From Botryllus schlosseri (Eukaryota): a stretch of DNA of 64,000 bases. The stretch covers positions 30,876,001-30,940,000 of the forward strand of contig CM119373.1 in assembly GCA_051294905.1 (NCBI GenBank), given 5' to 3'. The notes beneath the pieces were generated by a model, which saw only the letters and a list, made by a program, of their open reading frames with translations, searched no databases and had not been told where the DNA came from. Below are positions 37,659-50,861 of the stretch, one piece after another; within the stretch, counting starts at the first letter, position 1; each line of letters starts with the position of its first letter. Made by a program: the position numbers and the translations under genes.

Positions 37659-38130
37659 ATGCATCAAAAGGTTATCCTAGTACTTTCAGTACTAGAAATA
37701 CTGTTTGGGATTATCCTGCTTCCATTGGGAGTCGCGCATATCGAAGTAACAGTTGTTGTCTGGATATTCACGAAATGAGGGACAAAGGATATGGTGCGGT
37801 GTATTAATCGATTGCTATGGGATCTCTTGGAATCTCGTTGAGGAAAAAATGAAGTATAATAAACGCCTAGCGGATGTCACCGTGGCAGCTATAACGATTG
37901 TCGCTACACCAATTGGTTTTATTATAAGTGTCCTTGCAGCGGTAAAGGTAACGTCCGAAAACAGATGCTTGAACAATTACGTAATGATGGCGATTGTTTG
38001 TATACTGGTGATGTTACTGCCTATCAAGTTACCATCGTACTCGATCAGAACCACACACACCTCGACGCCGTACTCACTACAGCGGCATCGAAACAAATCG
38101 GATGGAAGTTACGCGACAATGTCAGACGTA
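37659..38130 (+). pseudogene. MS4A-like copy D (frameshifted)
   Basis: ATG 37659 gives MHQKVILVLSVLEILFGIILLPLGVA and then a stop. GQRIWCGVL, SIAMGSLGISL, ADVTVAAITIVA.PIGFII and YVMMAIVCILVM continue across at least three indels. The 3' boundary is approximate. Confidence 0.8.
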
Positions 38131-38579
38131 ATAGAAATCGGTCACAAGCTGAGCTCGAAGATACTGCCACAGGCCACGTATCCGCAGCACATGCCCAAAC
38201 AAGTCAGGAATATTCGGGAAAGACCTCGCAACGGGACCCTTCCCGGATTTCCTAGAAAGACTGCTACCCACAGCAATTCGAAATACGTAAGCCTATGTTA
38301 ATAGGGTGGAGTGAAGAATGAAAAATTTTGAATTTCAAAACAGACACTTGATGTGTGCCAAATATCAAAAAAAAAAATCTACCATTTTGGGCTCGTGCAC
38401 CCTCTAGTGGTCGTGCAATTTCACCGAACGAGTCGAAAATAGCTAATTTCGCTTATATGTTGATGACCGCTTACACTAGAAAGCTGATTTTGCGCGTAAA
38501 AGATTAGAAAGCTGATTTTGAGCTTGAAAGATGCGGAAGCAACAAGTTTCTATGTCACTTCCACAGAACTGTGTCTTAA

Positions 38580-41500
38580 AACATCATTATAGACTTACAT
38601 TTGCAAGTTACTGTAATGCAAATTTTAATCCCTTCAAGGGTTATTAAAGTATGGACCGCAAAGGGTATATAATTTTGGGTCGACACTGTGCCAGAGCTAT
38701 CTCGAGTACTTGAGTGATTTGATTCTGAATCACGTATGATGCTTCGAGTCGAGTATTCGAGTATCGCACATTATGACGTCATAACAGAAGGTAATATGTC
38801 ACATTTCAAAATATGCACCATTTATGCCACCACAAAGAATATAATGCCTGTTATCCATTACATTAAAAATACTTAAATGTTTTTCGACCATACCGATCTC
38901 ATTGTACTTTGTGACCATGTTGTGGGATGAGAATGACTTCAGATTTCCAGTAACGTTCGTTGCTTTGTACCATGTTTTGTATGCTGCGATACGGCTCAAG
39001 GTTTCAAGGCTTCCACGGTGGAAAAGAGTATCGAAACTATAATTCTCGTTGATAAATTAACTTTCAGTGCTGAGGAGCGTATAATTTCAGTACTCGAAAA
39101 AACAGTATTTTACTACTCGACTCGAATCATTAAAATTAATACTCGATTCAGATTCGAGTACTCGAATCATTTTGCCCAGCCCTAGACGTTATGTTTTGGC
39201 CAACGAACCGCTGATAAAATGCGTCAAACATGTTTTGTGGAGCTTTGTAGGGTAGGATTGAGGCGTGCGTATAGGGTTTCATTTAAAACAGACAAGGCCC
39301 TAATAAAAAAAAAACAGTTTTAAGCTATGACGTCATGAATAAAATATTCATTTGTGACGTCATAGTGGATTGACATTGACAATTGTGTAATGTTGAACCG
39401 ACTATTTTGATGGTTCCAACCATCCCATATCGATATACGTCGGCTATATCAGGTGGTAATAGACACTTACGTGACCTTTGACACGAACCCATCAGGTTAC
39501 AGCAGGATGTAAACCAGAGGTCTCAAACTCAAATGTGCTCGCGAGCCAATTTCCAGTTTTTGACGACGCTGCGGGCCACAGCATCAATAAGGGTATTCCA
39601 TGTATTTCCAAGTAGGCCTTAGTTGAGGGGATGCAAAGTGTGCTATTGAAAGTGAGCTGAAACAGCAAACTGACATTCATCACATTTTAAAAATGTGATT
39701 TACTCTTGAATCATTTTAGGCCTGGCATGTAAAAAATCATCACATTTATAACTATTTTAATAGGAATGTTGTTGTACTTGATATATATCAATTATACGAT
39801 ATAGGCGGCGTGAGAGCGACTAAGGATAATACAGCAATAGTTGCTTCATCCGAAAAGTTGTCGGAAATCCATTGATTTGGACATACCATGCTGAGGCGTG
39901 CTTGCCACTATTCATGTTTATTGTAGGTAAGAACACTGCAAATGCACACTAGCTCTACGTTATTACCATCCACCAAAGCTCGCTATTCCCAATTCAATGT
40001 AATTTTAATACAAACCGTCATTTTTCAACCCTTTTCCGTAAGAGCTCAAAGTAAGCTTGCCCGGCCTTGTTCTTTGGTTCGTGTCAAAGGTCACGTAAAT
40101 GTCTATTATCCGTAGGCTCATACATGTTTTTTGAACGTATTTACACGATTATGGCATAATTTTACAACTTATAAGAAACACAATCTTTTTTATTCATCTG
40201 TTTAAAACACCGTTTCAAACATGTTCATGTTTTAAACAAAGTGTTTCCAAATACCGTTTGTTCAAAATGCAACCCTTGGCGTAAGCATTCGTATTGTCAT
40301 ACATGTCCGTAAAATCGTAGCATACAGCTGTAATATCAAAAATGATTTCCTTCTCATTAGTGAGGCTCCGGTCGCGAGATGCCACAAAAACTCAAGATTT
40401 TAGTGGTTTTCTAATGCGGCTTTATCGTTATGAATTTTTAAGTTAGACTGAGCTAAAGCAGAGCACATATAGCAGGGGCGGGCAACTTCTCGAGTCGGTG
40501 GGCCGGATATAGGAAAATTAAGTACTTGGCGGGCCGGATTGCTGAATCGATACAATATTCGCCCATTTATCCACATTCCACATATACAAGGAATAAATCG
40601 CATTTAATGAATACATTTTAACGACAGTAATGTCACTTCAAAGCCATTTGTCGCCGATAATGACGAAAACAATGTGGATTTGAGAATAGCATTGTCATAC
40701 AGGCGCCGCCATGTCTGCTTCTATCTGATCAATCAACACACGGTGCAATCCTCAATTAGGATTTCAAGGAGTTCGATAACCCCGGTACCCCTAATTTACC
40801 AACACATATATTCGTTAGGGTTGAGTACGTGACGAGATAGCATCGTTGTTCAACTGTGTGGCCTGAGAAATCTCGATAATGAATTCATGCGGTCCGCGAC
40901 CTCTACGAAATTTGAAAAGTGGCCCGCGACCCGTTTTGAGTTGGCGACCCCTGGTATAAGCAGTGTTTTCGTCTTACAAAAGATTATAAATGTGCCGTGC
41001 TACAAGTCGGCGGTTACAGAATGAAAAATAAGAAATATCAGCCTGGTGTAATTGACCATTGTAGTCGACAAACACCATGATTACCACAAACGACATTAGG
41101 GTTGAGTACATCGCAAATGCCGATAATGCAAGTCTTCTCGCTTCGACGAAATTACGCGTAAGCTCCACTCTAGCACGCTGCGCATATACGTATATGATAA
41201 CAAGCACTATGCAGTCACTAAAATTTGACGTTGTAAGCAAGTAGTGGGAAATCTCGGCAGACTAGGGCTGCGGGCCACATTATCATGTAAAACGGAGAAC
41301 TGTCCGCGGGCCGGACAAAATCCCTTCGCGGGCCGGATCCGGCCCGCGGGCCGTATGTTGCCCACCCCTGACATATAGTATCGTGAGTTTATTTGCTCTT
41401 GTTCTGATATACTCACGAGACAGAAGTTGGAGCAACGTATCATAAGGTAGCGAGCTATAATGTGCCTTCTCTGGATCGTATTCGGCCTTATTTCCCAAGA

Positions 41501-41935
41501 CATAACGCAAAAACCTCATGGCAAACATGTGGGGTTTCCCCCTTTCGACAAAATGGAGCCTCCGGACCTTTTGTGTCAGCAGTCAAGAATGATTTCTGCC
41601 AGCAAGCATTTTTCATTCGCGAAAAATACCCTGCAATTTGGATAGGAGTGCAGAACAGATGTTGAGAGCTGTCCATCCAAGAACTATCAGACGTTCTTGT
41701 ACAATAAACCCCGACAACTTATTTGGCCGAGAAGGGTTTTAGTGTTTTAAGTGAAATAGCTGAAATCAAAACGAGCGAAAAAAGTTTTATGAGACACTCG
41801 ATAGTGGCCAATTTGTTGAGCATCTTCTTTTTGCATACCGATTTTTGATCTTCTTTTTGCATACCGATTTTTGATTAGTTTGTGGCTAAACTAAAAAAAT
41901 TGCGAATGGACCTCAAAAAAGGTTGAAGAGCACTG
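38580..41935 (+). mobile_element. Third, 5'-truncated and fragmented copy of the CAGTGCTTTTCAACC hAT family
   Basis: 38580-38703, 40370-40470 and 41379-41935 match 7165-7290, 7370-7500 and 7500-8615. Right end GGTTGAAGAGCACTG. 41640-41790 reads FWIGVQNRC*ELS...VLVQ*TPTTYLAEKGFSVL..I.EIKT (Buster/Charlie C-terminal motif). The left TIR was not found. Confidence 0.7.
40473..41370. mobile_element. hAT non-autonomous element with CAGGGG(C/T)GGGCAAC termini
   Basis: TIRs CAGGGGCGGGCAAC / GTTGCCCACCCCTG and perfect TSD acatatag. 40990-41310 is also present at 46110-46450. Confidence 0.85.
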
Positions 41936-42184
41936 GTATGTAGCATGATGATACAGTATATGCAGCCGCATATCGCGGACTTTGTATGGAGCTATACAAC
42001 CGTTTGTCCGTGTTGGATACCGGTACACGGCAAAAGGAATGCCCACATCCCTTACTCACAGGAACAGAAGAAAGCTGACGATGCTGATGGAGGTACGTTC
42101 TCTGCTCAGACGTATATCATTTTTTCGCGATTAGGATTAGGATTCGCTAGTAGTCCTATTTCATCTTCACTCGACGCTATAGTA

Positions 42185-43434
42185 CAGTGGTTCTCAACCT
42201 TTGTCTTTGCGGACCTCTTTCGGATCGTCACGGAAGCCGCGGACCCCCACGACGTTTCTGTTCAAATTTAGCTCAATTATCGTACTATCGTCATCGGTCT
42301 CGTGCAAATGATAACTGTAGGCTTAGTGATGAACAGCAAGAAATTCATTTCTTGAAAATAAGATTGGGATGACTTATTTTAATTCAAATCGATTTCTGCA
42401 ACTGCATTTCTTGAAATACGTGGTCGTGTCTTGAAAATCCGCTCCTTCGATTTGATATGAACGAGTGCCGAATGTACTAGTATCGCGTAACGCTTTCGTC
42501 GACACATCCGAGTATGATCGAAACAAATACGCCACCAAAATTGACAGACACTTTTTTTTAGATAATGAACATATAACGTCAAGCCTGGTCATTTCTATCT
42601 ATTTGCAATTTAGCAAATAAAATGTGTCTGCACAGTAGGATAGTACATCTCAGATAGCCAATGTGTTCATGTGAGCTTTGGAGTTTTACTAGTATTGAAG
42701 CGAAGATGCCTCGTGATTTTCCGTATTAAAAAAATTTACTAGGATATCAAAATGTTTTGTATCAGTAGGCTATTGCCCATTTAGCAATTAAATTGAGTAT
42801 GCACATTAGGATATTTCATCTCAGGCGTCCGTTCTGCGGATGTGAGCTCTGGAGTTGTTACTAGCAATTGAAGCGAAACTGCCTCGTGATTTTCCGAAAT
42901 AAAAAAAATACAAATTAGTTATCAAATAGTTGGAGGCTTCGCGGTCCCGCTGAATCAAATAGTTGGAGGCTTCGCGGTCCCGCTGAAAATGCTTCGCGGG
43001 CCCCCCCGGTTGTCCACGTACCCCCGGTATATATACATATATATATATATCGAATTTCAATCAAATAAACGGGCAAAAGAAAACAGGAAACAAAAGAACA
43101 TCAAGATAATCAATTTTGGGCCCTTGTTAAGCGCCTCCAGCGTGGGCGGTCGTGGGCGTCTCCGAGCGACAGCCAGCGTTACGCTAGCTCGGTCTCTATT
43201 GTCGAGCGCCATGTGGTTCTATTCCAGCCACCTCTGCGCCATGGCTCCGTCGGAATGTGGTTGATGATGGCGGCAGCAGCTGGTTGATCGTCTTGATGCC
43301 GCACTAGATGACCGATAACGCGGAAGCTTCGTTCAGCAGCCAGCAAACGGCATGGGACCGTTTTTGTGAGTTTGCGCAGAGCATTGGTGGATATGTGCTC
43401 CGGGTGTCCCCCGACCCCCGGTCGAGAACCACTG
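42185..43434. mobile_element. hAT non-autonomous element with CAGTGGTTCTC termini
   Basis: CAGTGGTTCTCAACC / GGTCGAGAACCACTG, perfect TSD ctatagta, and an internal 33-bp tandem duplication at 42921-42986. Confidence 0.88.
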
Positions 43435-44489
43435 CTATAGTATATGGCTACGTTAGTGGTTCTTAATTGTCCTTCTCTGCTTTATACATCATTCGTTCAT
43501 TGATTCACATTGATTACGCGCCCACTCTACTTACGCAGTGCTGTGAGTACGTACGTAATTCGTCGTTGGTTGCTTTGGGTGTTGGGTCTTGCGTTACCGT
43601 ATTCGAACCATTCGTACTCATTCGAGACTTGACTCATTGGAGACTTGTTATTACGACTCATTCGAGACTTGTTATTACAGAATAAGTTTAATAGAAGACC
43701 AGCTATGACTTGAATAAATACTCAATATCGTTTTTGATGTTCTGACGCTGTTGATGCAGTGGTATTGTGGTATTTAAGTTTTTGCATCGGTATTCTATGG
43801 TATTGTATATGTTGAATATTTGTTTTTATGTCGATTAAACCAGAATTAAGGGGGTTCGACGAAGACGCTTAGATTATGGTAATGGTTCACTAGGTTCGTA
43901 AGGGGTATTGACTAGTGGGTTACGTGAATACGCGGCGTTACCCGCAACTATTGCTGTGATTGCCTACTGCTACATTTTTGCAGGACTCGCTGGGAGATGG
44001 TATTCAACAACCTGTCACCAGTTCAGTACCTTCAAGTAAGTTCACCGTACTGGAACAGAAAGCTTACGATGCTGCTGGCGGTACGTCCTCTGGTGAGACG
44101 TGTTGTAATTTTCCGAGATCGGGATCAATTCGGTGGTACTGGTCGGCGTTTTGTAGGCCTATTAAAGCGTCTCTTGACGCATAGCATGTGGTTTTTAACG
44201 GGGCTCACTCGAACACCATACGGCAGAAGTAAATATCCAATATGCTTCATTTTCAAATTATGTTATAATGTAGTTTCGATCTTTCAACACTAGTGATGCG
44301 GCACGGTTTTAAAACTCTGTTGAAAGTTTTGGCACCGTTTAGTCGAAAAAACAAATTCAACATATACCGGCCTACCTGGTAAGATGTTTATTATAGTGTA
44401 TTTTTGTGGCGTAAATGAAGTTGTATATTTTTTGTATGAGTTGACATTATGTCTCTCTATATATAAAGATATATCTACGTTCGAGCAAG

Positions 44490-46620
44490 CTGAGAATGGT
44501 GCTACTGATGCGGATTTGGTGTGGGGCAACGCGACTACTAATGGTGCTGCGAATGTGTATGAAGGGCATTGATAGCGACGTATGTACTATATGGCTTGAT
44601 GCAACTTCCATGTTACCTATAAAATACGCTACAATTTTGATGTCTATTTTTTTCTAGTGCGGTTAACGCGAAAAGTATCAGTCATACCACTCCTGGTACC
44701 GGCCCACGTGCGCCAGGCCCCGTGTTCCAGCTCGGATGAGAACGCGAACAGTGCAAGACCAGCAATACCACCCAAAGTCTCGAGATCGACGTAGGCTGTG
44801 ACAGACAGCAGCAGGTGTATTCGGGCACGCGGTCGGCAGTGATAGCGATGCGATTCGGGGTGCTTCGAGTGACGAATTGGCAGATTCCAACGTCAGGAGA
44901 ACAGCAGAAAAGAGGAGCCGGTTGCATAAAAAAGGTCGGTGCTGTGTTTATTCAAGGCTATATAGGCTGGGTCAGTTGAACCTGTCCTATTGGAATGTGC
45001 TTGTGGATAAGTGATTCATGATGTCGTGCCTATCAAAGAGTTCAGTTTGTATGTAAAAGTATACTCGGAAGCGACTGGACTGAAAATAGCACGGCTACAG
45101 ACATGTCGGATTCGTAGATTCGGCACTTTATTTACTGGACCATGTTACCTAATAAAATACGCTACAATTTTGCTGTCTTGCTCTTTTCCAGTGCGGTTCC
45201 CTACAATTTTGCTGACTTGCTCTTTTCCAGTGCGGTCAACGCGAAAGCATCATCTGCCATGCCAGTCCTGGTACCGGCGTACATGCGCCAGGCCCCGTGT
45301 TCCAGCTCAGATGAGAACAGCAATACCACCATCCCACACCACAGCAATACCACCATCCCACACCAAAGTCTCGAGATCGGCGTTGGCCGTGACAGACGGG
45401 TGTATCGTGCACACGGTCGGCAGTGACAGCGATGCGATTCGAGTGTTGAATTGACAGAACAGCAATCAATCGATGTGAAATATCTGTCTGCTTTTCGACA
45501 TTTGTCGGAATGAATAAATTCTTTTTGGTAATGGGGTGTAATTGGTCGTATTCATGTCGATACCTTGGAGACAGATCCATTCACGAGTTGTTAGACACAC
45601 AGGTTTGAGAGACTGAACAAGCTGTTTGTTTATGAAGACTGAATGAATGTTTATGAAAATACTGGTTTCTGAAGACTGAATCTTTATGAAAGATAAACTC
45701 GTTAAGATGCTACACGTACACTATACTCGTACACTTCTAGTATACATTTACACTCGGATTTTTAAGTGTTTTATATTCTATTTATATTCAACGCGCACAC
45801 GAAATCAGATTATTTGCTGAATGTGTGTCTTGATTCAATGATATACGTCTTACGTCGTGAAACCGTGTCTTACATCCAATGCCATTGAATGCGGTGAATG
45901 AGGAGGATTTTATCAATTCAACTACACCGAGGGGTGATTGGAGCACCCACTTGAGCTATGCAAGTACAAAAACACCGAAGTTGTCCTGGAAAGAGCACAA
46001 CATGCGGTGCAGAGGTCAGAGATAACCACTGACAAAGTGTTGGAGCTTTATCCAGGCTCCTCGTCATCTCATCGGCATAATTATCAAGCTGTATCTCACA
46101 AAAGCCTGGACGTGTGCCGTGCTACCAGTAGTTGGCGGTTACGGAATGAAAAAAAGGAAATATCGGCCTGGTGTGAATGACCATTGTGGACGACTAACAC
46201 TATGATTACCACAAACAACATTTGGGATGAGTACATAGTTAATGCTGACAATGCAAGTATTTTCGCTTTGACGAACTTGCCCGTAAGCCCAACTCTCGGA
46301 CGCTGCGCAGGACAAACACCAGGATATAATAACACACAGTCACTAAAATTTGACGTAGTAAGCAAGTAGTGGGATATCTCGGAAGACTGATGGGCCGCGG
46401 GCCACATTATCATGTAAGACGGGAATCTGTCCGCAGGCCGGACAAAATGCCGTCCCTGATCTAATCGACTTGGTTTGGTATGAAGAAGCTGAGAATGGTA
46501 TCGCTGGTGAGGAAATGTTTGAGAGCAACGCGATCAATAACTCACAAAATGGTGCTGCGAATGTGTCTGAAGGACATATATGGCTTATTGATACAATTTC
46601 CATGTTGTCCAAAATACGCT
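44490..46620. repeat. Locally duplicated and rearranged block of unknown nature (further copy at ~58060-58330)
   Basis: 44610-44860 ~ 45140-45440; 44490-44635 ~ 46490-46620; 44790-45040 ~ 58070-58330. Confidence 0.75.
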
Positions 46621-47517
46621 ACTATGTTGGGTTTCAGGATGGACATACGATGTGTGTTGGCCCTAAAATCATACATAATCTGCCTGCCTGGCTTCTATTC
46701 AAACTGCTATCCCAGCAAACACATTACGGCAAGCGGATATCCGTCGGATAACTTGTCATTTGGCCCAGATTCAACCTAGTGCCATCCGGTTGCACCGAGC
46801 GTGTCGACTCCTGGTGTTATCCAGTGGGTGACCACTGACCATCCATCAAGTCATTTCTGAGTCACTTCCTGGCCACTGTAGGGACAAATTCCGGTTGGGA
46901 CCGATATCCATAGACTATCCACTGATCAACCCTCTGAATACTAGCTAGCTCCTGGACCTGCATATTTCCTTACCACAGGTTAGGCGACGCACAAATACAC
47001 TTACACAAGATTGATTTTCAGGCAAAAAGCTTATATTATCGAATTGTCAACAAGAAAAACTAAGCAGCAACGAGTAAAATTAACAACGGCTCTAAATCAC
47101 GTCAAAATCAATCACTCACTCAAGTTCAAGACATACAATAAAGCAACAGGTGGACTCAAAACTATCACAAGCAGTCGATCAATTAATCAATCAGGCTAAA
47201 AATATGATGACTACGAAGTATGTACACTGGGAGGATTACAGAATACCACACATACACAACTTATCAGAAATACCAGAGGTTGGCAAGTTTTGAAAATCAT
47301 TATAGGCAATAATAAAATCTGCAGCAAAGTAAAGCACAGCATTGAGTCAAAGCAACAATAATTGTCAATCAATCAAGGTAAAGAAGCATGCACACTGGAA
47401 GGATTACAGAATACGACACACGGACAAGTGTTGAAAAATTATGATAGGTCGAAGCAATTACCTAGAATTCTGCCTATGAGAATAAAACAAGACACGCACT
47501 GCATTACACATGCACAT

Positions 47518-48177
47518 TAGGGCTCTTCAAAAATTACTTTTTTTCTCAATCCGTACTGGCTACTTGATAAAATTGTTAGGTTACCTAATTTAAGCCTACA
47601 CACAAAATTTGGTTCAATTCCAGCCAGTAACCGATTTGCTACAGGAGAAGAAAGTTTCTATTTATTATATAAAAATAATGAAAAATTTGAAAATTTTCTG
47701 TTCACCCCATGAAAGTGTTAGGCTGTCTATAGAAACGATGCTCACCAAATTTGGTTTAATTTCAACCAGTGGAAGTTGAGTTATTGCCGTCGAAGAATTT
47801 GGATTTGAATAAATAGTATTTACGGTGAGCACAACTATAATAAATATACAAAGAATCGGTCACCGTAATCACTATTTTATTCAAACCCAAATTTTTCGAC
47901 GGCAGTAACTCCGCTTCCACTGGTTAGAATTGAACCAAATTTTGTGAGCATCGTTTCTATAGACAGCCTAACACTTTCATGGGGTGAACAGAAAATTTTC
48001 AAATTTTTCATTATTTATTTTTATATAATAAATAGAAACTTTCTTCTCCTGTAGCAAAGCGGTTACTGGCTGGAATTGAACCAAATTTTGTGTGTAGGCT
48101 TAAATTAGGTAACCTAACAATTTTATCAAGTAGCCAGTACGATTTGAGAAAAAAAAAGCCATTTTTGAAGAGCCCTA
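47518..48177. mobile_element. 660-bp fold-back element with TAGGGCTC termini
   Basis: Arms of ~310 bp are near-perfect reverse complements with a short central loop (~47830-47865). Perfect TSD atgcacat. Older single-arm relatives lie at ~14190-14520, ~49345-49520 and ~58350-58640. Confidence 0.92.
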
Positions 48178-49821
48178 ATGCACATACACAAATGTATCAG
48201 AAAAACAGAGGCTGGCAAGTTTTGAAAATCATTATGCCAACAAGACATAGCGATACATTAAAAATTGCAGTGCAGTAAAAAAAGCACAGCATCGAGTCGA
48301 AGCAACAACTGTCAAATCAAGTTGCAAAATTTCGTTCACTATATGAGAATACCATAGGAAAAAAATTCAAAAGTGGCAGGTTGAAGTTCTTCAATGAGAG
48401 TAAAAAGACATGCACCGTTGCACACTAGGGAAATATCCGACGTTGATATTTAAGAATTAAGATGGCAAGTTTTGAAGGTGAAGATGTAATACGAATAGAG
48501 ATACAATAAAAAACAAGAAGTTTTATTCTGGTCAATTGCTCGTTATGACATCCTCTATGTGCAGATCTGTCACACATTGAGCAAGGTGCAGTATAACAAA
48601 CAAAGCACTTCTACTCGGGTTTCGCCTACTTGTACTGCATGTTTTTTTACTACTTCTACTTAGGTTTTCCAGACATAACCAGTTAGATAGCCCCTATAAT
48701 GTAGTAAATAGTGAATGCAATTTAGAAATCGCACTATAATTGGAGTGCCATCATATATTTTTCGCGTACATCCTGCGATTTTGAAAGCGGCCTCTACAAC
48801 CTGCAGTAACCTGCAAGTGTGCGACTCGTTCTACTTTTGGAAAATACTCAAGTAGTCTCAATTTCAGATCCACCTTTACTTGAGCAGCAAGGATGACTCA
48901 CTTTCACCCCTTTTTGATCGTATATACCGTGTCTAGAGCGGATGAAAATAATAATCAGCAGATTCAACTGTAACTTGTAAAAAATTCCACAGCAAGAAAT
49001 GCACACTTGCAACCAACAATCTCTCTAGCTGGAAATATCTTCAATCTTCATACAGGTTCAACTTGCAACGAGGTCAAAAGTTGGTATGAGGGAAATGACT
49101 TTATACTGCATCCTCTTCCTTGTCTGCGAAAGACTGAGACAGGATATGGACTTGTTCTGCATTCTTGTCCTAAAATAATTAGCAAGAAAATCATTACAAG
49201 CGAACATGAAACGATCCTTCAAAATGCTACCAATTCCAAACGCCTTGCAAAATTCATTCAAACACTGATAAAGTACAGCATACTATGCATAAACGCACAA
49301 ATCATGAATATTAAAATTTATGATCATTATGGAACAGTGGACACTAGGGGTGTTCAAAAAAAACTTTTTTCAAATTTGATTGGCTTAGCTGGCAAATCAT
49401 TAGGTTACCTAAAATACCTTGCACAAAAAATTTGACTCATTTCAATTCGCAGATGCTGAGGTCATCCAATTAGAAATTTCCATCATTTTTCAAATAATAG
49501 TATTTACGGTGGAAAATTTCACCACTACGACATGATCAAAAATGCCTAAGATGTAGGAATGCTTTTTCCCACGCATTTCCATCTTTACAGGGGCCTATGG
49601 TAGAGTTTGGATGAAGACATCGCCAGTTGACGAATAAAAGATGTGACACGGATTAGCTGGAAATTAGTAGACTTCATTGAAATAGCTAATAGACACGTTC
49701 AAATGATGGTGATATACTTTGCAAATAAACTACTTTTCACACTAATATTAACGACAACGAAAATGAAAAAAAAACTGACACATAGGTAAAACAAGGGTAT
49801 ATATATGAGTATGGTCATGGT

Positions 49822-50861
49822 CATAGGCGCCGAGTTACGGGGTGGCACCCCATTCAATATGCTGAAACGCCCGCCGCCTGCGATTTCAAATTTTCGTATG
49901 TCTCTATTGTCTAGTCATTTCGATACGACATCAGCGCTGTCAATGAGCAAGTCCGTGATATCGCGTAAATGCCAACTATTTACCATTAACTGATACACAC
50001 GCAAATAATTGAATACGCAGCTTCGTAGGCGGCGACAAACTAATGCTTGAAACGCCCCAATAAATTGTAACCCGGGATTTCGACAGGCATTTGCCGTGTT
50101 GTCAGACTAGGTTCCGACCCATTGTGCTGTATTCAAGTTGGTGAATTACTGATTAGATGCGCCAGGCGAGGCCTACAATAATCGTATCGTAGGCCTCGGA
50201 TGCGTGCTTTTTCGTCTGCTATCATCTGTACGCTACTAATTCTTGTCTGGTTTATACACTCGCATTTCCTCGATATCACTTGTCGGTGTTTGATTCGTTG
50301 ATAATACTGCGCATTGTGCAGTGCACGGCGTTGAAATACGTTGTCAAATAGTGATGCAACACAAGGTTTTCTGTGGCGTAAATTCTGAATTTATTCGATT
50401 AGTTCGAACGGGAACCTTCTATTTTCCAATACAATAAACTTCATTGCTGGACGGACTCGAGCTCAACCATATCGCGGATCGAATTTCAAACCATGCCTGA
50501 TATCGCTACCAGCCTGATTTATCGAGTCTACAGCAGGACTGGCGCATGTGATAACATCGCTGGCCTAAACTATAGCGTCTGCTACAGGCATCATATGATT
50601 TGCCTGCTATCTCTACTTGTTTGATTGTTATGTTATACTGGCTTAAGACTGACAGCGTCAAATTGAATAAACCTGAATCTGCGCAATTGGCCACGAACAG
50701 ACGCGAACTAACGTAATTGATTCGTGCTAATACTGAAACATCAGAAGATGCATGTACTTAACCGTAATAAATGATGCTAACTTGGTAAATTTGAAGAAAT
50801 TTCAAACCCCTCCCTTGTTTCATCTGGTCACCCTATGTAGAAATAAAAGTCGGCGCCTATG
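49822..50861. mobile_element. Probable MITE with CATAGGCGCCGA termini
   Basis: 12-bp perfect TIR. agtatggt occurs on both flanks (49808-49815, 50862-50869), but the left copy is offset by an extra catggt. Superfamily unclear. Confidence 0.5.

Noticed and set aside
43465-43730. Solo LTR (also 45585-45760)
   Set aside because: The short internal repeats and AATAAA are suggestive, but no TG...CA boundaries with a matching TSD could be fixed.
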